Program-made: the position numbers and the translations under genes
In this document: positions 1-11,156 of the stretch, in pieces
Layout: each line of letters begins with the position of its first letter
Position numbering within the stretch: the first letter of the stretch is position 1
DNA from: Marispirochaeta sp.
GTDB taxonomy: Bacteria > Spirochaetota > Spirochaetia > JC444 > Marispirochaetaceae
Length of the DNA: 64,000 nucleotides
Direction of reading: 5' to 3'
NCBI GenBank assembly: GCA_963676835.2
Contig: CAXXFF010000004.1
Coordinates: 96,001 to 160,000 of the forward strand
The notes under the pieces: model-generated
The model's input: the letters and a program-made list of their open reading frames with translations, nothing else
The model's database searches: none
What the model was told of the DNA's origin: nothing

Positions 1-1
1 A

Positions 2-571
2 GCTGACGGTCTTGCATCATCACTGGTAAGTGCCGATGAAAACAGCTATCTCCGGGGTATAGAAAAGCTTCTTAAAAAAGGCATTGAAGTCGAAAGAATC
101 GAGGGATTTGAACAGGAACAGGATGCAGGCCCTCCCCCCCATGTAGTTGCCGGCCGCAAGAGAAATGCCCTGGCTGAAGAGCGGCGCAGACAGTTCGGTC
201 CCCGGAAGAACAACAACCGCGACCGTTTCGGCGATGAAAACCGGCAGGACCGGGGTGATAGAAATAATAGAAACGAAAGAAGCGGCAGCAAAGGCCGGAG
301 ACAGGACGGCCGTAAACAGGACAGCCTGAGACAAAATACCAGGCCGGAACGGGATAACAGGAATGACCGGAGTCCCAGAGAAAACCGTGAAGAACGGGGC
401 AACCGGAACAACAACGCTTCCAAGCCTGCTTTTAATCAGGATCAGAGCCGAAACCGGGGAAACAGCAATTCCGGCGGCAGGTCAGGCAGGTCCCGCAATA
501 ATGACAAGCCGGACTTCAGCAAGGCACGGCGCCTTATTGATGAGATAACCGGCAAGCAAACCCGCAATTGA
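2..571 (+). CDS. 3' part of a DEAD-box RNA helicase (RhlE-like) with a long R/N/D/G-rich disordered tail; begins before the window
   Basis: Not in the ORF track. Frame +2 is open from base 2 to TGA at 569-571: ADGLASSLVSADENSYLRGIEKLLKKGIEVERIEGFE resembles the segment just after motif VI of RhlE-type helicases, followed by a low-complexity RDRNNRNER-type tail. Confidence 0.7.
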   Translation, partial: ADGLASSLVSADENSYLRGIEKLLKKGIEVERIEGFEQEQDAGPPPHVVAGRKRNALAEERRRQFGPRKNNNRDRFGDENRQDRGDRNNRNERSGSKGRRQDGRKQDSLRQNTRPERDNRNDRSPRENREERGNRNNNASKPAFNQDQSRNRGNSNSGGRSGRSRNNDKPDFSKARRLIDEITGKQTRN

Positions 572-596
572 CGACAGGCCCTATATCCCGTATGTT
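568..596 (+). promoter_or_regulatory. Sigma70-like promoter for the yej operon
   Basis: TTGACG (568-573), 17 nt, TATGTT (591-596); GGAGG SD upstream of ATG 638. Confidence 0.55.
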
Positions 597-637
597 GAAA
601 AGGCCAAGAAAACGCCATTTAACATACGGGAGGGTTT

Positions 638-2551
638 ATGCGCAGGATTCTTGTCTCAGCTCTGCTTCTTCTTACCACAACTGCTTTTCTTTCAGCACAG
701 GTTACCGTTTCTCATGCCATTGCACTGCATGGTGAGCCGAAGTATGGCCCTGATTTTACCCATTTTGATTATGTAAATCCAAATGCACCGAAGGGCGGAA
801 CCCTCAGGCTTCACGCTTTAGGTACCTATGACACTTTTAACCGTTATGGCTTGAGAGGGGATATGGATGGAGCAAGCGACTCCTTTTATGACACCCTCAT
901 GACCCCATCGGATGATGAAATCAATGTCCTGTATGGACTTATTGCGGAAAAGATTGAATATCCGGCAGATTTCACCTGGGTTATCTTTCATATAAACCCG
1001 AAAGCCAGACATCAGGATGGAAAGCCGATAACTGCAGAGGATGTAGCTTTTTCATTTAACCTGTTAATGGAAAAAGGAGTTCCTCAATACCGAACATATT
1101 ACGATGGGGTTACAGCCGAGGTTTTAAGCAAGCTTAAAATCCGCTTCAATCTTCCTGAAGGCGACAAGGAAATGGTGTCATCCCTGGCAAGTACTACAAT
1201 ATTTCCTCCTCAATACTGGACAGAACATGATATTGCAGAACCGAGTACGGAAGTTCCCCTTGGGTCAGGAGCCTATACCGTCTCTGATTATAAAATGGGG
1301 CAGTATATCGTTTACGAACGGATAAAAGACTACTGGGCCATGGACCTTCCGGTAAACAAAGGAAAATTGAATTTTGATTACATCCGCTACGATTATTACC
1401 GTGATGAGAATGTATCCCTGGAAGCCTTTAAAGCAGGCGAATACGACTTTTACCAGGAGACAATCGCTAAAAACTGGTTCACCCTTCACTCCGGACCTAA
1501 TTACGATGCCGGCTATATAAAAAAAGAGGAGATTCCCCATGACATCCCCCAGGGCATGCCCGGCTTTGTTTTCAATATTGAGAGGGAAATATTTAAAGAC
1601 CGCAGAGTCCGACAGGCATTAAACCTTGCCCTGGATTTTGAATGGATGAATAAGAACCTCTTTTACAGCCAGTACACCAGAACCCGCAGCTATTTTCAGA
1701 ACTCCGAATATGAAGCGAAAGGGCTGCCTTCTCCTGACGAGCTTAAAATCCTGGAACCGATAAAAAATCAGATACCACAGGAAGTTTTCACTAAAGAGTA
1801 CAATCCATCTGTTACCGACGGGACTGGTAACATCAGAAATCAGATACGCGAAGCCCTGGCTATTCTCAAGGAGGCTGGATGGGAAATCCGCGAAGTTGCA
1901 GATCCTGATACCGCCCTTGAAGATAAGCAGGAAGAGGAGAAGCAGGGACTCTGGCAGAAGATAACCGGCTTCTTCGGCGGGGGCGAGAAACAATCCGGTG
2001 TACGGCGCCTGGTCAATGTGGAAACCGGCAAACCCATGGAATTTGAACTTATCATCTACACTCCATCCTATGAGCGGGTGGCAATCCCCCTTCAGCAGAA
2101 CCTTGAGAAGATGGGGATTACCATGAATATCCGCACCATCGATCCAACACAGTATCTTAACCGGGCACGGGAACGGGATTTTGATATGATCGACTGGGGC
2201 TACAGCGCTCAAGCACAACCCGGATCTGATCTTAAGGTAGTGTGGCACTCCGATTACCTTGACTCTACCTATAACCGTGCCGGGGTCCAGGACCCTGCTG
2301 TAGACTATCTGGTTGAAGGTGTGGTTGATAATCAGGAAGATGAAGTTGTATTGAAAGAGTGGACCCATGCCCTGGACAGGGTTCTGACCTGGAATTATTA
2401 CGTGATTCCCTGGTGGCACCAGGCAAAATTCAGGGTTTCCAGCTGGAATAAATTCTCCCGCCCCGAATTACGTCCCAAATATGCCCTTGGCATTGACACA
2501 TGGTGGTTCGATGCGGCCAAGAACGCAAGTTTGCCTGAAAAATTCCGCTGA
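638..2551 (+). CDS. yejA: ABC transporter substrate-binding protein, YejA family (SBP family 5)
   Basis: Signal peptide; [11 protein letters not shown]...[34 protein letters not shown]...[29 protein letters not shown]. Confidence 0.93.
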   Translation: MRRILVSALLLLTTTAFLSAQVTVSHAIALHGEPKYGPDFTHFDYVNPNAPKGGTLRLHALGTYDTFNRYGLRGDMDGASDSFYDTLMTPSDDEINVLYGLIAEKIEYPADFTWVIFHINPKARHQDGKPITAEDVAFSFNLLMEKGVPQYRTYYDGVTAEVLSKLKIRFNLPEGDKEMVSSLASTTIFPPQYWTEHDIAEPSTEVPLGSGAYTVSDYKMGQYIVYERIKDYWAMDLPVNKGKLNFDYIRYDYYRDENVSLEAFKAGEYDFYQETIAKNWFTLHSGPNYDAGYIKKEEIPHDIPQGMPGFVFNIEREIFKDRRVRQALNLALDFEWMNKNLFYSQYTRTRSYFQNSEYEAKGLPSPDELKILEPIKNQIPQEVFTKEYNPSVTDGTGNIRNQIREALAILKEAGWEIREVADPDTALEDKQEEEKQGLWQKITGFFGGGEKQSGVRRLVNVETGKPMEFELIIYTPSYERVAIPLQQNLEKMGITMNIRTIDPTQYLNRARERDFDMIDWGYSAQAQPGSDLKVVWHSDYLDSTYNRAGVQDPAVDYLVEGVVDNQEDEVVLKEWTHALDRVLTWNYYVIPWWHQAKFRVSSWNKFSRPELRPKYALGIDTWWFDAAKNASLPEKFR

Positions 2552-3651
2552 TGGCAAACTATATACTCCGAAGGCTGCTCCTGATCATCCCCACCCTCTG
2601 GGCAATTATCACGGTTAATTTTTTCATTATCCAGATTGCCCCGGGAGGGCCGGTTGATCAGGCAATTGCCAAAATGTCCGGTATCGAAAGCAATATGGTT
2701 ATGGAGCGTATTTCCGGGCAGGGGGCAAAAGAGACAAGCAATGAAGAAATAAAGCAGGAAGCTGGAAGCTATCGGGGCTCCCGGGGGCTGAATCCTGAAG
2801 TAATCGCCGAAATAGAAAAACGCTTCGGCTTCGATAAACCCCTGTATATCCGCTACTTCAGTATGCTTGCACGCTACGCCACTTTCAACTTCGGAGAAAG
2901 CCTCTTTAAAGGGCGTTCTGTAATCGGGCTTATTGCAGACCGCATGCCGGTATCCATCTCTCTGGGTATCTGGAGCACCCTGATTATCTACCTTGTATCC
3001 ATTCCTTTAGGGATACGCAAAGCAGTAAAACACGGCAGCCGCTTCGATATCTGGAGCTCCACTGCGGTAATACTGGGCAATGCGATTCCGGTATTTCTTT
3101 TTGCCATTCTTCTGGTAATCCTTTTTGCCGGGGGAAGTTACCTGAAGATATTTCCCTTAAGAGGGCTTATATCCGACAACTGGCAGGATCTCTCCCTGTT
3201 CGGAAAAATTGCCGACTATTTCTGGCATCTGACCCTGCCCATCGCCGCCATGGTTATCGGCGGATTCGCAACCCTTACCATGCTTACCAAAAACTCCTTT
3301 CTGGACGAGATAAACAAGCAGTATGTAACTACCGCCCGTGCCAAGGGAGTAGCGGAGAACAAGATTCTGATACGCCATGTTTTCCGCAATGCCATGCTGC
3401 TTATCATCGCCGGTTTTCCTTCAGCCTTCATCAGCATGTTTTTTACCGGCAGCCTTTTAATAGAAGTGATTTTCTCACTTGAAGGGCTGGGACTTCTCGG
3501 ATTTGAAGCCACCATGCAGCGGGATTACCCGGTAATGTTCGGTACCCTCTATATGTTTACCCTGCTCGGGCTGGTTCTTAACTTGGTTTCCGACCTTACC
3601 TACACCCTGGTTGATCCCCGTATAGACTTTGAAAACCGGGAGGTAGGCTGA
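2551..3651 (+). CDS. yejB: ABC transporter permease, YejB
   Basis: [13 protein letters not shown]...[35 protein letters not shown] (EAA loop), DPRIDFE; TGATG coupling to yejA. Confidence 0.93.
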   Translation: MANYILRRLLLIIPTLWAIITVNFFIIQIAPGGPVDQAIAKMSGIESNMVMERISGQGAKETSNEEIKQEAGSYRGSRGLNPEVIAEIEKRFGFDKPLYIRYFSMLARYATFNFGESLFKGRSVIGLIADRMPVSISLGIWSTLIIYLVSIPLGIRKAVKHGSRFDIWSSTAVILGNAIPVFLFAILLVILFAGGSYLKIFPLRGLISDNWQDLSLFGKIADYFWHLTLPIAAMVIGGFATLTMLTKNSFLDEINKQYVTTARAKGVAENKILIRHVFRNAMLLIIAGFPSAFISMFFTGSLLIEVIFSLEGLGLLGFEATMQRDYPVMFGTLYMFTLLGLVLNLVSDLTYTLVDPRIDFENREVG

Positions 3652-4706
3652 TGAAAAAAATACTTGGCATACTGAAAATGCGGCTTACCCCGGGAAAGAT
3701 TACCAGAGAGAGGCTGCGTCGTTTCAAGGCAAACCGAAGGGGCTGGTACTCGTTCTGGATATTTCTCACCCTGTTTTTTATAAGTCTCTTCTCCGAGCTG
3801 ATAGCCAATGATGATCCGCTGCTGATATTCAACCGGGGACATCTCTTTTTCCCGGTCCTGAAGGAATACCCGGAAACAGCCTTCGGCGGAGAGTTTGAAA
3901 TGGCCGCCGACTACCGCGACCCCTTTGTAATCGAGCTCATAGAGGAAAAGGGCTGGATTCTCTGGCCGCCTATACGCTTCAGTTACGATACTATCAACTA
4001 CAACCTGCCCTCCCCGGCACCGTCTCCTCCTACCGGCGAAAACTGGCTGGGCACCGATGACAAGGGAAGAGATGTTATCGCCCGACTGCTCTACGGCTTT
4101 CGTATTTCCGTCCTGTTTGGTCTTACTCTGACAATCTGTTCCACCATCATAGGGGTAACCGTAGGGGCGCTTATGGGCTATTACGGCGGACGGATCGATA
4201 TTTTAGGACAGCGCTTTATGGAAGTGTGGTCCGGCATGCCTACCCTGTTTCTGCTGATAATTCTGGCAAGTGTAATCCAGCCTAACTTCTGGTGGCTCCT
4301 TGGCATTACCCTGCTCTTCGGCTGGATGGGTCTGGTGGGGGTTGTGCGGGCGGAGTTCCTGCGGGGCCGTAACTTTGAGTATGTCCATGCTGCCAGGGCC
4401 ATGGGTCTGTCGGACCGGAAGATAATGTTCCGCCATATACTGCCCAATGCCATGGTGGCAACCCTTACCTTCATGCCCTTTATTCTGGGCGGCTCCATTA
4501 CAACCCTGACCAGTCTCGATTTTCTCGGTTTCGGCCTGCCCGTGGGCTCCCCCTCTCTGGGCGAACTTCTGGCCCAGGGAAAAGCCAATCTGCAGGCCCC
4601 CTGGCTGGGTATTTCAGCATTCCTGGTGTTAGCCGGCATGCTTACCCTGCTGGTCTTTGTGGGTGAAGCGGTACGGGACGCCTTTGATCCCCGGAGGGCT
4701 TCATGA
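3651..4706 (+). CDS. yejE: ABC transporter permease, YejE
   Basis: RFKANRRGWYS, YPETAFGG, NWLGTDDKGRDV, VRAEFLRGRNFEYV, SLDFLGFGLP, GEAVRDAFDPR. Confidence 0.93.
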   Translation: MKKILGILKMRLTPGKITRERLRRFKANRRGWYSFWIFLTLFFISLFSELIANDDPLLIFNRGHLFFPVLKEYPETAFGGEFEMAADYRDPFVIELIEEKGWILWPPIRFSYDTINYNLPSPAPSPPTGENWLGTDDKGRDVIARLLYGFRISVLFGLTLTICSTIIGVTVGALMGYYGGRIDILGQRFMEVWSGMPTLFLLIILASVIQPNFWWLLGITLLFGWMGLVGVVRAEFLRGRNFEYVHAARAMGLSDRKIMFRHILPNAMVATLTFMPFILGGSITTLTSLDFLGFGLPVGSPSLGELLAQGKANLQAPWLGISAFLVLAGMLTLLVFVGEAVRDAFDPRRAS

Positions 4707-6307
4707 GTAAAGACCTGATTACCATCGACAACCTGAGCCTGGCCTTCAAACAGGGAGGCGGACTTAATGAGGTTATTCACAATGTAAACCTCAACATTCA
4801 GCCCAATGAAATTCTTGCCTTGGTGGGAGAAAGCGGTTCCGGAAAAACAGTTACCGCAAGCTCAATACTGCGTCTCCTCGGTGACGAGCGGGTTGTCTAC
4901 CCTTCAGGACGCATTCTTTTCAGGGATACTGACATTCTGACCGCAGATGAAGAAACCCTGCGGTCTATCCGCGGCGGAAAGATCGGCATGATCTTCCAGG
5001 AGCCCATGAGTTCCCTTAATCCGCTTCACACAATAGAAAAACAGATAGGTGAGAGCCTCCTGATTCACCGGGGCCTCGGACTTGATGCCGCTCGGCCGCT
5101 TATTCTCGAATGGCTGAATAAGGTCGGCTTGAGGGATGCTGAAAAACGGATGAAGGCCTTTCCCCACGAACTTTCCGGCGGAGAGCGCCAGCGGGTTATG
5201 ATTGCCATGGCTATGGTAAACAATCCCGAACTGCTTATTGCCGATGAGCCGACTACAGCACTTGATGTTACCATTCAGGCCCAGATTCTCGATCTTATTC
5301 TGGAGCTGAAAAAAGAACTCTCCATGTCGGTGCTCTTCATTACCCACGATCTCTCCATTGTACGCCGCATTTCCGACAGGGTTGCGGTTATGCGCTATGG
5401 AAATTTGGTTGAGTGCACCGAAACAGAAAAACTCTTTACCGCCCCGGAGGCGGATTACAGTAAAGAACTGATTGCGGCGGAACCGGGAGGAAATCCTCCG
5501 GAAACCGAAGCGGAAGGAGAAGAGATTCTCGCTACAGATAATCTGAAGGTCTGGTTTCCCATACAGAAGGGTTTTCTCCGCCGAACTGTTGACCATGTAA
5601 AGGCCGTGGATGGTATCACTATCAGTGTCCGTAAGGGAAGAACCTTAGGGATTGTGGGGGAAAGCGGTTCGGGAAAAACCACCCTGGGACGGGCAGTTTT
5701 GAGACTGGTTTCAAGTGAAGGCGGAATCAGCTTCAGAAACACCAGGCTCCAGAGTATGAAAGAGAAGGAGTTCCGTCCCTTCAGGCGCAATATGCAGATG
5801 ATATTTCAGGACCCCTACGGCTCCTTGAGCCCGCGCCTTCCGGTGGAAACCATTATTGGAGAGGGACTGGAGGTTCATGATATTGCCTCCGGCAGTGAAA
5901 GGGATGCTCTTATAATCGCCGCAATGGAAGAGGTCGGTCTTGATCCGGAAACACGCTTCCGTTATCCCAATGAGTTTTCCGGCGGGCAGCGCCAGAGAAT
6001 CGCCCTGGCAAGAGCCCTGGTGCTGAAACCTGACTTTATTATTCTGGACGAACCTACATCGTCCCTGGACAGGTCTATCCAGTTTCAGGTTATCGAACTG
6101 CTGAAAACCCTGCAGAAGCGGCACAACCTGACCTATATTTTTATAAGTCATGATCTGAAGGTTGTGCGCTCACTCTGCCACGATATAATAATTATGAAAA
6201 ACGGCAAGGTTGTAGAATCCGGACCGGGAGCAGATATCTTTGCCAACCCGAAAGAAGAGTACACCCGGGAGCTTCTGCAGACCGCCTTCGGGGGCAGTTT
6301 TCAGTAG
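4703..6307 (+). CDS. yejF: ABC transporter ATP-binding protein with two ATPase domains, YejF
   Basis: Two Walker A (GESGSGKT), LSGGERQR and FSGGQRQR signatures, ADEPT and LDEPT Walker B. Confidence 0.93.
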   Translation: MSKDLITIDNLSLAFKQGGGLNEVIHNVNLNIQPNEILALVGESGSGKTVTASSILRLLGDERVVYPSGRILFRDTDILTADEETLRSIRGGKIGMIFQEPMSSLNPLHTIEKQIGESLLIHRGLGLDAARPLILEWLNKVGLRDAEKRMKAFPHELSGGERQRVMIAMAMVNNPELLIADEPTTALDVTIQAQILDLILELKKELSMSVLFITHDLSIVRRISDRVAVMRYGNLVECTETEKLFTAPEADYSKELIAAEPGGNPPETEAEGEEILATDNLKVWFPIQKGFLRRTVDHVKAVDGITISVRKGRTLGIVGESGSGKTTLGRAVLRLVSSEGGISFRNTRLQSMKEKEFRPFRRNMQMIFQDPYGSLSPRLPVETIIGEGLEVHDIASGSERDALIIAAMEEVGLDPETRFRYPNEFSGGQRQRIALARALVLKPDFIILDEPTSSLDRSIQFQVIELLKTLQKRHNLTYIFISHDLKVVRSLCHDIIIMKNGKVVESGPGADIFANPKEEYTRELLQTAFGGSFQ

Positions 6308-8086
6308 TCAGCGCAACGATCCGGGCAGAGGGCGTACAGGAACAGGTTCGGGAATATTAAATACCGTCTGATCCGCCGCTTCTCCGGCGGGAATCAACCC
6401 TCCCAGATAATCCCTGTCGGCATCGAATATTTCTGCAAGGTAATCAAAATCTTCGGGTTGCAGAGTAAGATGTTCATACTCTACAAGGTTCCTCAGGGTT
6501 TCATGTATTCCTGCCCGTAGAGAACCTTCAGAAAAGCGTACCAGTGATGGGCTGTTTTTTGCTGTGGAACTTCCCCGCACCGGCTCTCTGTCGGTAAGAT
6601 ACGCCGAGGTGGTTCCTTCAATAGCCTGCTGAATCCGTGGTTCTCCCAGCGGGAGAAATCTCTCGAGAATCTGAAGAAGAACAACCGCAAGCTCCTTCTG
6701 ATCATTCACTTTTACATTGGTGTATTCATGCTCCAGGGTAAACTCATGAAGCTTCTCCTCGATGAGACCGGCTGCAGGCAGAGCATGTTTGTTCTCAAGG
6801 CCAATGTATTTAAGCTGAAGCTGAATACCCGCACCTTTTTCTCCGGGACGGAGAATCCTTACATTCTCATTGCCTCTGCTCTCTATAATCGCAGAATAGA
6901 CCTCCCATGAACGGCGGAAGGCACGATAAGTTTTGTCCACCCGCTGACCGGCCCGGATAAGCCGCCGGTAAAGCTCCGTCAGGGAGCGGAGATTGGGCAC
7001 ATGTTTCTCACTGATAAGGGAAAATATGCTCTCGGCAATTTTCTCCTGAAGCAGTACCGCAGACCGGACCTGGGGAAGCGAGGCAAGCACCTTTCGGATT
7101 CCGCTGCCCGGCTTCTCGCCAGGTATTTTCAGTTTATACAGCCTTTCGGCCAGCACACGGATGCGGCTGTTCCGGGCATATACCGCCGCCCGGTACTCTC
7201 TGCGGGCTTTTTGAAGCTGTGCAGCAGCCTCCGTAAAGGCCCTGTTGCCGGAATAGCGGACTTCTATAACCGGAAAGCGCCTGCCGCAGATAAGTTCAAA
7301 AATAAGCACGCAGATTTCTTCCGCATCTATAAGGCTCATCAGATTGAGATTGTCACTTTCGGAGGCACTGATTATTCTGCCGAGAAATCCCCGTGTACGG
7401 ATTCTTCCCTGACTTTCAGCAGGATATTCCCCGGCCGCCCTGAGCCAGGCCAACCGGGCAGCCTCGGGAGAGACAGCCGCCAGTGAGTCCCGCAGGGTTT
7501 CAAGATGCTTTCTGGCAACTTCCGACAAGTCCAGGGTGCGGCGGACAAGACCCGCGCTGCGGTAGACCTCAATATCGTGTACCAGCTCTGCCAGCTTTCT
7601 ATCCCCCGTAAGGTCTATCAGGGCAGTAGATACTGCCCCCGGAGAGGCATCTGGATTTTCCAGTATATATTTGGCACCCAGGACTTTTCTTCCCGGAGTA
7701 TCAAGCTCTTCCATCTGCATATTGCGAACATCGGTAATCCTGGCAGGCAGCAGATCGAAAAGGTGTTCCAGGGACTGAAGGTCGTCGTCCTTTTCACCGC
7801 CCCGGGTAAGGTGATAGAGAAAGCGCAGAATCAGGGCAAAGAGGCCGGCAACAGCGGTGTATCCTGCAAAATAGACAAAAACCTGAACCGGTGCAGATTT
7901 TCCGTATCCGATAAAATAACCGCCCTGCAAAGCAAGGTAGGTTACCGGACCGGCGGTCCAGGCAAGCTGCAGAAGGGTCCTTCCGAGACGTTCCTTACCG
8001 GCGGCACCGCGAATTCTCCTGAGAATAGTCCGGGCCAGATCCGGGCTTGCCAGAGATTCTTCCCGCACAGGCCATGGTTTTATCAT
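6308..8086 (-). CDS. Hypothetical membrane protein (two N-terminal TM segments, large soluble region)
   Basis: 592-aa ORF; hydrophobic segments around residues 37-60 and 68-92; no family motif recognised. Confidence 0.75.
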   Translation of the reverse strand: MIKPWPVREESLASPDLARTILRRIRGAAGKERLGRTLLQLAWTAGPVTYLALQGGYFIGYGKSAPVQVFVYFAGYTAVAGLFALILRFLYHLTRGGEKDDDLQSLEHLFDLLPARITDVRNMQMEELDTPGRKVLGAKYILENPDASPGAVSTALIDLTGDRKLAELVHDIEVYRSAGLVRRTLDLSEVARKHLETLRDSLAAVSPEAARLAWLRAAGEYPAESQGRIRTRGFLGRIISASESDNLNLMSLIDAEEICVLIFELICGRRFPVIEVRYSGNRAFTEAAAQLQKARREYRAAVYARNSRIRVLAERLYKLKIPGEKPGSGIRKVLASLPQVRSAVLLQEKIAESIFSLISEKHVPNLRSLTELYRRLIRAGQRVDKTYRAFRRSWEVYSAIIESRGNENVRILRPGEKGAGIQLQLKYIGLENKHALPAAGLIEEKLHEFTLEHEYTNVKVNDQKELAVVLLQILERFLPLGEPRIQQAIEGTTSAYLTDREPVRGSSTAKNSPSLVRFSEGSLRAGIHETLRNLVEYEHLTLQPEDFDYLAEIFDADRDYLGGLIPAGEAADQTVFNIPEPVPVRPLPGSLR

Positions 8087-8092
8087 AAAAAA

Positions 8093-8121
8093 ATGGTATC
8101 AGAAGGATAGAACAGACTCAA
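8093..8121 (-). promoter_or_regulatory. Sigma70-like promoter, apparently leaderless
   Basis: Minus strand: TTGAGT, 17 nt, (TGA)TACCAT, 6 T, then ATG 8086; no SD. Confidence 0.5.
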
Positions 8122-8127
8122 GTCAAA

Positions 8128-9954
8128 TCAAGTATAAGTTAGGTGAGAATCGCCCTCTTCGCTGACGGAGAACTTGCTGACTTCACCGGTGACAGTTTCC
8201 ACCGAAGAGGCTACAATTTCGCTGAGCTCTGCATTTTTATGTATGGTCTCCTTGATATCATCGGTACGCTTACTTATTTCCACCATGCCGCTGCGAACTC
8301 TGGAGGAAGCATCCTTGAGACGGTTCATGGAATCTGCAACAACAGCAGCACCGCCGTCGATTTCGTAAGACCCGGATTTGACCTTAACCGAAAGATCTGC
8401 AAGCCGCCCCAGGGCAGCAAGAACCTCTTCGCTTCCGGTGCCCATCTCGCTCATTCCATGAGTTATCTCACGAAATACATCAGCAACCTCTTCCACCTTC
8501 TCCTTGAGTAATTCGAAGGTGGTTCTGGAGTCGTTACTCTTCTCTTTCGCATTACGGACCCGAAGAACAATATCTTTGAGGGTGCGGGAGATACTGGCAG
8601 TATTGACTGCAGACTCCGCCGCAAGGGCACGGATCTCCTCGGCAACAACAGAAAAACCGCGGCCCGCATCACCGGCATGGGCGGCTTCTATGGCAGCGTT
8701 CATGGAGAGAAGATTAGTCTGGGCACTTATTTTATTTATAACCTTGAGCATCCGGTCTATTTCACTGATACTGTCCGCCACTCCCTGTACTTCGGCGTCT
8801 GTAGCATCAATCCTGGAACTGCCTTCTGCCAAAGCCTGTCCCATTTCCAGGCTGGCAGACAGATGTGTTTCTGAAGTTGCTTTAATACTGCGGATACTCT
8901 GGACTGTTTCATGTATAGTTGCCGACGACTCTTCAATCTCTGCCGCAAGGGAGACAAGCAGGTCATGGAAGATACGGATACTCCCGGCAATCTGAACCAC
9001 CGATGCCGCCGATGTTTCTATATCCTTATCCAGACTGGTCACCGCACCCTGCATACTGGAGACAGTCCCGGCCACATTCACCACGGCATTTTCTGTAATC
9101 TCCGTATTTCTGGCCAGGGAATCCTTATTTCTACCCAGTTCCCTGGTATGATATTTTATACCTTTAACGAGTTCTTCCATATTATGCAGCGCTTCTTCCA
9201 GGCGGCGGCATACCTGGCCAAGCTCATCGGACCGTGTGTAGCGGGGACGTTCAGTCAGGATTCCTCTGGAGAGGGATAGAGAAACTCTCTTCAATTCAGC
9301 AACAGGAATTCTCAGTGCCCGCAAACTGCCAGCCATAAGAAACAGTCCGACCATTAAAGAGAGCACGGAAGCTCCAGTTGCAACTCTCTCAACAAGGGTA
9401 AGATTACTTTTAAGACGGGTTACCGAATCAATAAGCCTTTTTTCCTGAATATGCACAAGCTGGTCTATATCCTCGATCAGTTCCGCCGAATGCTTGCGGA
9501 ACTCACTCTCCATAGCCCCGGCAGTCTCCGATTTACCTGCTTTATAGAGCTGGCCGATATTCTTTCCTTCCAGTGCAAACTGGCGGATTTTTTCCTTGAC
9601 CCGGCCGGCAGCAGATACAATTACCTGGTCGGAGCTCTCCATACTTCTGGCAAGAATCTGTTCAATCCCCTCCAGCCCGGGCTTTAATACCTCCTGTGAT
9701 TCAGCTATTGCTTCAGAGATCTCTGCACCATCTGTCATGGAAGCAATGGATGCAAGCGCACTTTGGGAGGTAAGTACGGCTTTTTCAATCGTCATACACG
9801 TAATGGTATCCGGCAGGACCTTACTCTGTATCATGGTTGCCTCAGCCCGGTTTCCGGCATTGTTTACCATCAGGAATCCTGTGACACCAACAAAAATAAG
9901 AATAAGAAAAAGGAATGCCATACTGAGTCGGGCAAGAAGAGACAGGTTCCGCAT
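8128..9954 (-). CDS. Methyl-accepting chemotaxis protein (TM, helical periplasmic domain, TM, HAMP, MA)
   Basis: Two TM segments, HAMP (RSDELGQV), signalling tip [37 protein letters not shown]. Confidence 0.93.
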   Translation of the reverse strand: MRNLSLLARLSMAFLFLILIFVGVTGFLMVNNAGNRAEATMIQSKVLPDTITCMTIEKAVLTSQSALASIASMTDGAEISEAIAESQEVLKPGLEGIEQILARSMESSDQVIVSAAGRVKEKIRQFALEGKNIGQLYKAGKSETAGAMESEFRKHSAELIEDIDQLVHIQEKRLIDSVTRLKSNLTLVERVATGASVLSLMVGLFLMAGSLRALRIPVAELKRVSLSLSRGILTERPRYTRSDELGQVCRRLEEALHNMEELVKGIKYHTRELGRNKDSLARNTEITENAVVNVAGTVSSMQGAVTSLDKDIETSAASVVQIAGSIRIFHDLLVSLAAEIEESSATIHETVQSIRSIKATSETHLSASLEMGQALAEGSSRIDATDAEVQGVADSISEIDRMLKVINKISAQTNLLSMNAAIEAAHAGDAGRGFSVVAEEIRALAAESAVNTASISRTLKDIVLRVRNAKEKSNDSRTTFELLKEKVEEVADVFREITHGMSEMGTGSEEVLAALGRLADLSVKVKSGSYEIDGGAAVVADSMNRLKDASSRVRSGMVEISKRTDDIKETIHKNAELSEIVASSVETVTGEVSKFSVSEEGDSHLTYT

Positions 9955-10054
9955 AAAGCTACCCTCGGTATAGGAAAATCTGAAGGCAGTTTCTCAGTTC
10001 AGTGTTAGTTTTCTATTAAGTTTTTTTATTGAAATGGATAATTGACCGTTTTGC

Positions 10055-11059
10055 TCACCTGAATTTCAGATGAAAAGCTTTACGGATCATTTCTACTATA
10101 CGTAATGACTCAAGCCCGTCATCAAAAGAGGATACAGGTTCCGCCTCGGGATTTTTTACCAGACTTACCGCATCCGCATACATACCGCTGAAGTACCCGG
10201 TTACACCAAAGGGTGGGATATCATTTTTAAAGAGAGAGCGCATTTTATCGTAATAGGGAGACTCCCGGCTTTCCCATTCCTCGTAGATGCCGTTACCTAT
10301 GCGGATTTTTCCTGTCTCAAAAGAGAGTTCCACCTCAAAAACCACATGATCCCGTCCGCTGCCTACCTCTGCGAACACCGGGATACCCCTGCATTCAGCT
10401 GAGGCAAAGAGGGTTTTGCCGGATCGATCATTTCCGGCTTTTTTTACGTTACAAACAGAACCGGACAGGAGAAATGAGATTATATCAAAGAGATGGGTAC
10501 CGTCATACAGAAGTACGGCTTCCACCGGCCGCTCTCTTCCCATATACAGACGAGCTGTTACGGACCGGAGGGGTCCGAATTTTTCAGTCCGGATTATCTC
10601 CCGTGCCGCCAGATAATCCTTGGAATAACGTCTCTCATGGTTCACCACCACTCTGGTAGTTCCAGCAACAAGCTTTCTCTTCATTTTACCGGCCTGCCGG
10701 AATGAGTCGCTTACCGGTTTTTCCAGAATTACAACAGGAATCCTGTAATCAACCGCCATGTTCAGATAAGCCGGATGCGAATCGGCATGTGTACAGATAT
10801 GCAGAATATCCGGACGGTTCGCCTTCAGCATTTCGGAAGCATCATCGAAAACGGCATCCACACTCCAGCGTTCCCGGAACATATCCCGCCTTTCGGGGTC
10901 GGAATCCATCCCTGCAGCAATAAATGCCTCGGGATGAGCGGAAACGGCTCCGGCATGACTGGCGGGTTTCTCTCTGCGGCTGTCATCCTCCAGAAGAGAT
11001 GCTATTCGCCCGAGACCGATAATCGCACTGGAGACTCGTCCTTGTTGATTTTGATTCAT
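10055..11059 (-). CDS. Gfo/Idh/MocA family oxidoreductase
   Basis: IIGLGRIA Rossmann motif, LEKPV, VNHERRY, YDGTHLFD; ATG 11059 chosen for its upstream GGGAAG. Confidence 0.88.
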   Translation of the reverse strand: MNQNQQGRVSSAIIGLGRIASLLEDDSRREKPASHAGAVSAHPEAFIAAGMDSDPERRDMFRERWSVDAVFDDASEMLKANRPDILHICTHADSHPAYLNMAVDYRIPVVILEKPVSDSFRQAGKMKRKLVAGTTRVVVNHERRYSKDYLAAREIIRTEKFGPLRSVTARLYMGRERPVEAVLLYDGTHLFDIISFLLSGSVCNVKKAGNDRSGKTLFASAECRGIPVFAEVGSGRDHVVFEVELSFETGKIRIGNGIYEEWESRESPYYDKMRSLFKNDIPPFGVTGYFSGMYADAVSLVKNPEAEPVSSFDDGLESLRIVEMIRKAFHLKFR

Positions 11060-11156
11060 ATTTGTAAAAACTTCCCTTTCGATAAGCAATTTAGTCTATT
11101 ATACTTTTTATATCTTGGGAATGAATACTAAATATTCACCCTTGTCTGGAGGAACT

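Noticed and set aside
200..520. Repetitive-looking purine-rich DNA as a tandem repeat or CRISPR
   Set aside because: No fixed repeat unit or spacers; explained by low-complexity protein coding.
20..548. Four short ORFs called by the track at the window start
   Set aside because: They are shadows of the uncalled frame +2 helicase tail (2-571).
1619..2419. Long antisense ORFs (also 4904-5596, 34191-34943, 37069-37803, 55627-56541)
   Set aside because: They lie opposite well-supported genes and show no motifs or SD.
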